Shown: piece by piece, positions 57,988 through 64,000 of the stretch | How the letters are laid out: the number at the start of each line of letters is the position of its first letter | Numbering within the stretch: the stretch's first letter is position 1 | Made by a program: the position numbers and the translations under genes | Assembly: GCA_964652705.1 (NCBI GenBank) | Contig: CAZZAV010000002.1 | Span: forward strand, 47,306-111,305 | Length of the DNA: 64,000 bases | Direction: 5' to 3' | Source: an uncultured Neisseria sp. | Lineage (GTDB): Bacteria > Pseudomonadota > Gammaproteobacteria > Burkholderiales > UBA11063 | The notes under the pieces: generated by a model | What the model saw: only the letters and a program-made list of their open reading frames with translations | What the model was told of the DNA's origin: nothing | Database searches by the model: none

Positions 57988-60276
57988 ATGACAGTATTTT
58001 TCATTTTACCGCTTATCCCACTAATTGGTGGGATTTTTACGTTAATTAATTATTTCCGCCAAAAAGACACCAAGTTACTTAGTAATGTTTTTAGTGGACT
58101 TTTGTTTGTATGCGCTTTATTGGCGGCTTTCACCTATAAAACACCACTAGTATTCAATATTAATTTTTTTGAGGGTGCAGATAATATTATTCAAGATATT
58201 AAGCTGCAACTTGAAGGTCTATCATTATTCATGATAGTTTTGGTAAGTTCAATAAGTTATTTTGTGCATCAATTTGCTAGTCGATATTTGAGCTCTGATG
58301 CAAGCCAAGGGCGTTTTATGGCGCAGTTATCATTATTAACTGCCGCAGTGTTATTTCTAGTTATGGGGGGAAATCTCTTAAGCTGCTTTTTAGGGTGGGA
58401 GTTTGTTGGATTAACATTATATTTATTATTAAATCATTATCACTATGATCAAAGAGCGAATCGTGCTGCCAAAAAAGAATTTATTATTAACCGGCTGGGT
58501 GATGCTGCCTTCATGGTTGCAATAATATTATGTTTATTCTATTTTAACTCAAGTGAGTTTAGTGTATTAGCATCAAAACCGGTAATTATCTGGAGTGGGT
58601 TTGGCAGAACATTGTCATTACAAACATTAATAGTGTTTTTAATTTTTATTGCCATAATGACAAAGTCAGCACAATTCCCATTTCATATCTGGTTACCTGA
58701 CACCATGCAAGCTCCAACACCAGTATCAGCAATGATGCATGCTGGAGTAATAAACATCGGTGGATTCTTATTAGCACGGCTTAGTCCATATATTCCACTT
58801 GGTTCGGTATTAAGCGGTTTCATCTATACTATTGGCATGATTTCAATGGTTGCTGCAGCATTTTTTGGACTTAGTCAACACGATATTAAACGTCAACTAG
58901 CGTACTCTACCATGGGACAAATGGGCTATATGATAGTACAAACTGGATTAGGCTTTTTCTCTGCTGCGGTCTTTCATTTAGCTGCGCATGGTTTTTTTAA
59001 AGCTTATTTGTTTTTGTCTGCAGGTAGCACTATCGGTCATAAATATGAAAGCCATGGAGGCTCACTAAGACAAGGTTTAACTGCGATAAAAATCTCCGCG
59101 CTAACCTTCATTATTTTTGCCGAATATAACATCCTAGTTTATCATCATTTTCCAACATCCGTTGCTATTGTTGGAATGTTTGTTTCAATGTCACTTGGAC
59201 AATATATGTCCGAATTAACAATGTTAAGGATATCCAATAATCAAAAAGTTGTTATTTATCTTATCAGCTTAGTATTTTTAACGATCTATGTTTATTTGAT
59301 TAATGGATTGGATGATTATTTAAATTTATCTGTGGTAAATCAAACATCAAATGTCTCTTGGTATAAACTTGTGATTGCAATCTTGGTTATGCTATTACAA
59401 GTTTTTGTTTGGATAAAACCTTTAATCAAAAATGAAATATCCGTTATTGTGACGATTCGCGCATATTATTTCAGTGTGAATAAATTATTTATAGAGGAGT
59501 TTTTTCGTAAATTTATACTACAACCTTACGAGAAACTCTCTATTAAATTAAATGAACTTTGTTTATACCGAGCGTTTAAATTACCATTAGGTGCAGTAAT
59601 ATTTGGTTTTATTTCTGTTATCGTTATGTTACATGGATTGTTTGATTTAACAGGTGATGAGCAGAATAATTTATTAGTACTGCTAATTTTGACATTACTT
59701 GTGATTTCATTAATAACAGCATATAGGGCTAACACTTTAGGTCAAATAAATTATTATCTATTTATAGCTCAAATTAATATGGCAAGTATTGGCTTGTGTA
59801 GTATGACTAGGGGGTTTTTACGAACTCTTTCACTACTACAACTATTGAATGCTACTTTAATTTTTATTGGCATATATTATATCCAAAATTCATACCAGCA
59901 GACTGACCATGAACCGCCAAAAAGTGTTGGTAATAAACTTATTTGGTCAAGTTTTTATTATTGTATTTTAATGTTTTTGTTAGTTGGAGTACCATTTACC
60001 ACAAGCTTCACTTCAGAGTTATACATTCTTAGTGATGTTTTACAAGGTAGTCCATGCTTTGTTGTGATCGTAGCATTATCATTTGTATTTTTGGCTATGG
60101 CAATATTAAATGCATTACAAGAATATGTATTTAATGCTGAATCGATATTGCTGAAGCAAAATACTCAAATTAGCAGAATAGGCCATGTTTTTCTATTAGC
60201 ATGTATTTTTTTTAATATCATAAACGGTTTGGCGCCTAGTTGGTTGGTTCGTCACATTTATCTTTTTGGGGCGTAA
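57988..60276 (+). CDS. dabB: NuoL/ND5-like membrane subunit of a DAB inorganic-carbon pump, with C-terminal NuoM/N-like extension
   Basis: GWEFVG, NRLGD, KSAQFPFHIWLPD.MQAPTPVSAMMHAG, AYSTMGQMG and HGFFKAYLFL. Stand-alone (no other nuo genes) and 2 nt upstream of dabA. Confidence 0.85.
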   Translation: MTVFFILPLIPLIGGIFTLINYFRQKDTKLLSNVFSGLLFVCALLAAFTYKTPLVFNINFFEGADNIIQDIKLQLEGLSLFMIVLVSSISYFVHQFASRYLSSDASQGRFMAQLSLLTAAVLFLVMGGNLLSCFLGWEFVGLTLYLLLNHYHYDQRANRAAKKEFIINRLGDAAFMVAIILCLFYFNSSEFSVLASKPVIIWSGFGRTLSLQTLIVFLIFIAIMTKSAQFPFHIWLPDTMQAPTPVSAMMHAGVINIGGFLLARLSPYIPLGSVLSGFIYTIGMISMVAAAFFGLSQHDIKRQLAYSTMGQMGYMIVQTGLGFFSAAVFHLAAHGFFKAYLFLSAGSTIGHKYESHGGSLRQGLTAIKISALTFIIFAEYNILVYHHFPTSVAIVGMFVSMSLGQYMSELTMLRISNNQKVVIYLISLVFLTIYVYLINGLDDYLNLSVVNQTSNVSWYKLVIAILVMLLQVFVWIKPLIKNEISVIVTIRAYYFSVNKLFIEEFFRKFILQPYEKLSIKLNELCLYRAFKLPLGAVIFGFISVIVMLHGLFDLTGDEQNNLLVLLILTLLVISLITAYRANTLGQINYYLFIAQINMASIGLCSMTRGFLRTLSLLQLLNATLIFIGIYYIQNSYQQTDHEPPKSVGNKLIWSSFYYCILMFLLVGVPFTTSFTSELYILSDVLQGSPCFVVIVALSFVFLAMAILNALQEYVFNAESILLKQNTQISRIGHVFLLACIFFNIINGLAPSWLVRHIYLFGA

Positions 60277-60278
60277 TA

Positions 60279-62606
60279 ATGATTGAAGCTTTGATCAACA
60301 AAATTACAAAGTGCATACCAAGCTACCCACCATTACAGTCATTTAATGCGAGTAATCCTCTAATTGGACTCCATGAGTTACCGTTTGATGAGGCTATCGC
60401 ATCTGTTGCTAAATATGCACCGATATCAGGCACTCTCTCACTACATAAATATCATGCCTTTTGGCAATCTGGTAAAATAAATATCAATGACTTGAGCTTT
60501 GCGATTAAAGACTTTTTGGTTCAACAAAATATTCAAACGATAACTGAAGATACAATTTTAGAACTATTATTAGATAAATCCTTGCAAAGTAAATTTGCTG
60601 ATATTGATAGCAAAGTTAGACGTAATTTTTCGGCACAAATTTCTGGATGGTATGTTCAAAGCAATCAACGTGTATTTAGCTTTGTGGCACGCTTTTTTGA
60701 TATAGGTCAAGCGAAATGGCAAATGCCAGTAAAAAGCAATCAACTCTATTTAGCATGGCTTGAATACGCTAAGGTGAATTACTCTCGATATGCAATAATG
60801 CACCAGATGACAGACAATGTTTATACATCAATCAGAAACATGTTAAATTTAGCAGATATTCATGAAGATAATATTGAAGACTATTTACTTAAAGTGTTAT
60901 TTCAAATAATTGGCTGGGCTAGCTTTGTTCATTGGTTAGAGTTAGTAGAGATTAATCCATATGTTGATAAGCGGGGTAAAGTAGCAGATATTATTGCAAT
61001 TTGGCTTGCTGAGACATCAATTTTACATGGGAAACTTATGGAGTTTCCTGATAGTGTTTTTACCAATGTCGACAGCGAATTTGAAGAGGTTCTTCGTGAA
61101 TATTTCAAAAAATACAATGCCGATGAAGAATGTTTAGTAAAATTAAACCGTCATAATTGGAACTTAATTTGGCAATTGGCACTAGAGCATAATTACCGAG
61201 ATAATCTAGTTCGCCAGATCAAATTAAACAAGCATCGAACGATAGCAAAACCAACTGCACAACTATTATTTTGTGTAGATGTACGTTCTGAAGGATTACG
61301 TAGATATCTTGAAAGTTATAATAATTATCAAACTTTTGGCACTGCTGGTTTTTTTGGAGTTGGATTTGACTTTCATCACCAACATAATGTAACAAGGCAA
61401 AGCCCAGATTGGAGTACATCTCATCATTACTTACATGTCCCGACAAAACGGTTAACTCCATTACATAATGTTTTCAAAAATTTAGTTAATGGCTTATTAC
61501 GAACCAAAAAAAGTTTTTTGGCTCCATTGGTATTATTTGACGTTGTAGGTCTATGGTTTAGCTTAAGAATTATGGCAAATACTCTAATGCCATGGAAGAA
61601 GAAATTAATTGGTAAGCATCACCAATTAGAATATAATAGTTTTGATATTTTTCAAGACAGTAATTATTCGATTCAAGAATTAAGTCAACAAATAGCTAAA
61701 CTTCTCAGAAGCATTGGGCTATGTAACAATTTTTCTGAATTAATAGTGGTATGTGGACATTTAAGTGAGTCAGTAAATAATCCTTTTATTTCGAGTCTTC
61801 ATTGCGGTGCATGTGGTGGTAATAGTGGAGCACCAAATGCAATTGCATTCTGTCAAGCAATCAATGATCCACGAGTGAGAAGTCACCTAAGCCATCATGA
61901 AAATATTCATATTCCTGTTTACGTACAATTTGTTGCGGCTACTCATAATACAACTACTGATCAAGTGGATTATTACTATAATCAACATGTACTAAGTATT
62001 GATAATATCGAAAGATTAGATAGGTTAAAAAGGGATCTTGAGTTAGCAGGGAGAGACTTGTGCAATGAAAGGCAGTTACACATGGATGCCGAGCAAAGCG
62101 TTGATGTGCGTAAAGGTGACTGGGCTGAACTACAGCCTGAATTGGGGCAGGTTAATAATGCAGCATTAGTCATCGGACCGCGCGGAATCACCAGAAATAT
62201 TAATTTACAACGAAGCGTATTTCTTCAATCCTATGATTCTAAATTTGATCTTGATGGATCAATCTTGAATGATATTTTTAATTCAACAGTAAAAGTCGTC
62301 AACATGATAAATAGTCAATATTATTTTTCAACTACTGATCAAAATCTTTTTGGTAGTGGCAATAAAGTATTACATAACATTGTTTCACAATTGGGTGTTA
62401 TGGAAGGCAATAGTTCAGACTTAAAAATTGGCTTCTCACAACAAAGTTTATTTTACAAAGGTGAATCAGTGCATTTACCGCTAAGGTTATGCATCATTGT
62501 ATGTGCCCCTGAAAGTTTAGTAACTGAAACCTTGGCTAAAAATAGGCTATTAACTAAATTAATTGAGGGAAAATGGCTTAACTTTTATCAAATAGATCGC
62601 CAGTAA
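60279..62606 (+). CDS. dabA: DabA (DUF2309/MpsB) beta-carbonic-anhydrase-like subunit
   Basis: PLQSFNASNPL..L...PF, FCVDVRSE, TFGTAGFFG, CGH...NNP...LHCGACGG and GN-K-LHN. The C/D/H/C Zn ligand set is present. Confidence 0.9.
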   Translation: MIEALINKITKCIPSYPPLQSFNASNPLIGLHELPFDEAIASVAKYAPISGTLSLHKYHAFWQSGKININDLSFAIKDFLVQQNIQTITEDTILELLLDKSLQSKFADIDSKVRRNFSAQISGWYVQSNQRVFSFVARFFDIGQAKWQMPVKSNQLYLAWLEYAKVNYSRYAIMHQMTDNVYTSIRNMLNLADIHEDNIEDYLLKVLFQIIGWASFVHWLELVEINPYVDKRGKVADIIAIWLAETSILHGKLMEFPDSVFTNVDSEFEEVLREYFKKYNADEECLVKLNRHNWNLIWQLALEHNYRDNLVRQIKLNKHRTIAKPTAQLLFCVDVRSEGLRRYLESYNNYQTFGTAGFFGVGFDFHHQHNVTRQSPDWSTSHHYLHVPTKRLTPLHNVFKNLVNGLLRTKKSFLAPLVLFDVVGLWFSLRIMANTLMPWKKKLIGKHHQLEYNSFDIFQDSNYSIQELSQQIAKLLRSIGLCNNFSELIVVCGHLSESVNNPFISSLHCGACGGNSGAPNAIAFCQAINDPRVRSHLSHHENIHIPVYVQFVAATHNTTTDQVDYYYNQHVLSIDNIERLDRLKRDLELAGRDLCNERQLHMDAEQSVDVRKGDWAELQPELGQVNNAALVIGPRGITRNINLQRSVFLQSYDSKFDLDGSILNDIFNSTVKVVNMINSQYYFSTTDQNLFGSGNKVLHNIVSQLGVMEGNSSDLKIGFSQQSLFYKGESVHLPLRLCIIVCAPESLVTETLAKNRLLTKLIEGKWLNFYQIDRQ

Positions 62607-62651
62607 GATGTATATAATTATCCAGCATTAAGTGGCGTTATCTTAATATTT

Positions 62652-63896
62652 TTAGTCATTTGATAGTTTTGTAATTGCCCATTTAAATGTGGAGCCTTGA
62701 ATTAAAATTGAAGCTAGAACTACAACGTAGGTAATTGCGACTAGACTGTCAGGAAATTTATCGATAGATAATGCTAGAGCTATTGATAATCCACCGCGAA
62801 TCCCACCCCAAGCTAAAAGAGTACTTTTTTTGTAAGAAAAGCTAGCTTGGCGTTGAAAAAGCATACTTAGTAAAAAGTCAGGCGCCCATACGCTGATTAG
62901 GCGCGCAATAAATACAATAATAATACATACAACTCCAAGTATTATTGCGGCTTGATCAACTTTGATTGTTAGCATCATTAGTCCGATTAGAACAAACAAG
63001 AATGCATTTAATATTTCGTCAATTAACTCCCAAAAGTTATTTAAAACTAAAGTAGTTTCTTTGCGGAAATGCTGTTTTTTAGAGTATCCGCCGATGATTA
63101 ATCCAGCTACAACCATTGTAATTACGCCAGATACATGAAAGCGGTTAGCAACGACATAACCTACGCTTGATGCCGCAATTGAGATTAATGTAGCAACTTC
63201 TGGTGAGCGTGATTTCTTTAGTAAACGGCTGCAAATGACTCCGACAATGATTCCTAATATAATTCCACCACCAGTTTCGTGGATTAAACTTTCTGCTATA
63301 TGTGCAAATGTAATATGCGCATTCTCATAAACCATTTGGCTTAAAATTACTAACATTAAAATGGCACCCGCGTCATTAAATAAACCTTCACCTGTGATTA
63401 GAGTTTTTAGCCGCTGCGGTGGGTTAGGAATTGCTTTAAATGTTCCTAACACAGCAATTGCATCGGTGGGAGAAATTAATGCTCCAAAAATTAAACATTC
63501 GCCTAAAGTAAATGGAACGTTAAATATGTGCGCAATATAATAAAGCATATAGCCTGTTAGAAATGTTGAGATTACGATGCCTAGGCTAGCTAGATAAACA
63601 ACCGGCACAATTTCTTTTTTTAGTTCAATTGAGTTGACGTGTAGACCACTGGCAAAAAGTAGGTAACCAAGCATTACATCTAAGACAGTAGTTTTAAAAT
63701 CAACACTTTTAACCATTAAATATAATGGTCCAGCAAATGTCGGATTACGTGCTGAAATTATACTAACACCAATTGCGATGGTTATACTGATGATGGTAAG
63801 TGCGATAGTTTTTGGGAGGCGTAAATAACGGTCATTGATATAGCTGGCAAGTGCGGTTACCAAAACTAAAGTGGCAAATAATTCATGTAAACTCAT
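62652..63896 (-). CDS. CPA1-family Na+/H+ antiporter (NhaP-like)
   Basis: ISPTDAIAV, GEGLFNDA and WGGIRGGLSIALA. Minus strand, convergent on dabA. Confidence 0.9.
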   Translation of the reverse strand: MSLHELFATLVLVTALASYINDRYLRLPKTIALTIISITIAIGVSIISARNPTFAGPLYLMVKSVDFKTTVLDVMLGYLLFASGLHVNSIELKKEIVPVVYLASLGIVISTFLTGYMLYYIAHIFNVPFTLGECLIFGALISPTDAIAVLGTFKAIPNPPQRLKTLITGEGLFNDAGAILMLVILSQMVYENAHITFAHIAESLIHETGGGIILGIIVGVICSRLLKKSRSPEVATLISIAASSVGYVVANRFHVSGVITMVVAGLIIGGYSKKQHFRKETTLVLNNFWELIDEILNAFLFVLIGLMMLTIKVDQAAIILGVVCIIIVFIARLISVWAPDFLLSMLFQRQASFSYKKSTLLAWGGIRGGLSIALALSIDKFPDSLVAITYVVVLASILIQGSTFKWAITKLSND

Positions 63897-63937
63897 CTGG
63901 TAATTGATCTCCTAAATAATTGATTAATTTAGTGGTT

Positions 63938-63946
63938 ATTATAACA
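63938..63946 (-). promoter_or_regulatory. Extended -10 promoter TGtTATAAT for the antiporter
   Basis: The reverse complement of ATTATAACA is TGTTATAAT, 42 nt upstream of the start codon. Confidence 0.55.
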
Positions 63947-64000
63947 GATTGTGAGTTTTTTAAATGAATTGAAATACAGACCTCCTTTTGTTTTTATCAC

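Noticed and set aside
57988-60276. Complex I nuoL or Mrp mrpA
   Set aside because: No other nuo or mrp genes are present, and it is paired with DUF2309, which defines DAB.
63981-63987. Perfect AGGAGGT Shine-Dalgarno on the minus strand near the window end
   Set aside because: No canonical start codon at a suitable distance, and the context is truncated.
1-64000. CRISPR arrays, tRNA/rRNA, IS/transposase, prophage genes, JUMPstart/ops element
   Set aside because: None were recognisable by eye. The many other short alternative-frame ORFs in the track lie within well-supported genes and look like shadows.

Overview
AT-rich bacterial chromosome segment, almost entirely + strand. rpmF, infC and the fab genes look betaproteobacterial, Neisseriales-like (inference). 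1-26.4 kb is the downstream part of a large surface-polysaccharide/O-antigen locus. It holds a SAM methyltransferase whose coiled-coil tail carries an exact 63-bp duplication, multi-domain GTs, a GtrX-GtrA-GtrB cassette and a truncated acyltransferase. It also holds a HAD+PRTase-like protein (probable ribofuranosyltransferase), rfbF-rfbG-rfbH followed by a YerE-like ThDP enzyme and an SDR (probable C4-branched 3,6-dideoxy sugar), an RfbX-type Wzx, further GTs and wbaP. infC (ATA start) is detached from thrS and is separated from rpmI-rplT by ten LPS core/ligase/modification genes, including a second Gtr cassette in mirror order. Next come rpmI-rplT, a LOG-family gene, pheST and ihfA, cydP-cydAB-cydX (two small ORFs missed by the ORF track) and cyoABCD-E. 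The window ends with an MFS transporter, yceD-rpmF-plsX-fabH-fabD-(MAPEG)-fabG, a DabB/DabA inorganic-carbon pump (where acpP-fabF normally lie) whose DabB is unusually long, and a convergent CPA1 Na+/H+ antiporter. I saw no tRNA, rRNA, CRISPR array or IS element. All family calls come from motif recognition by eye; no searches were run.
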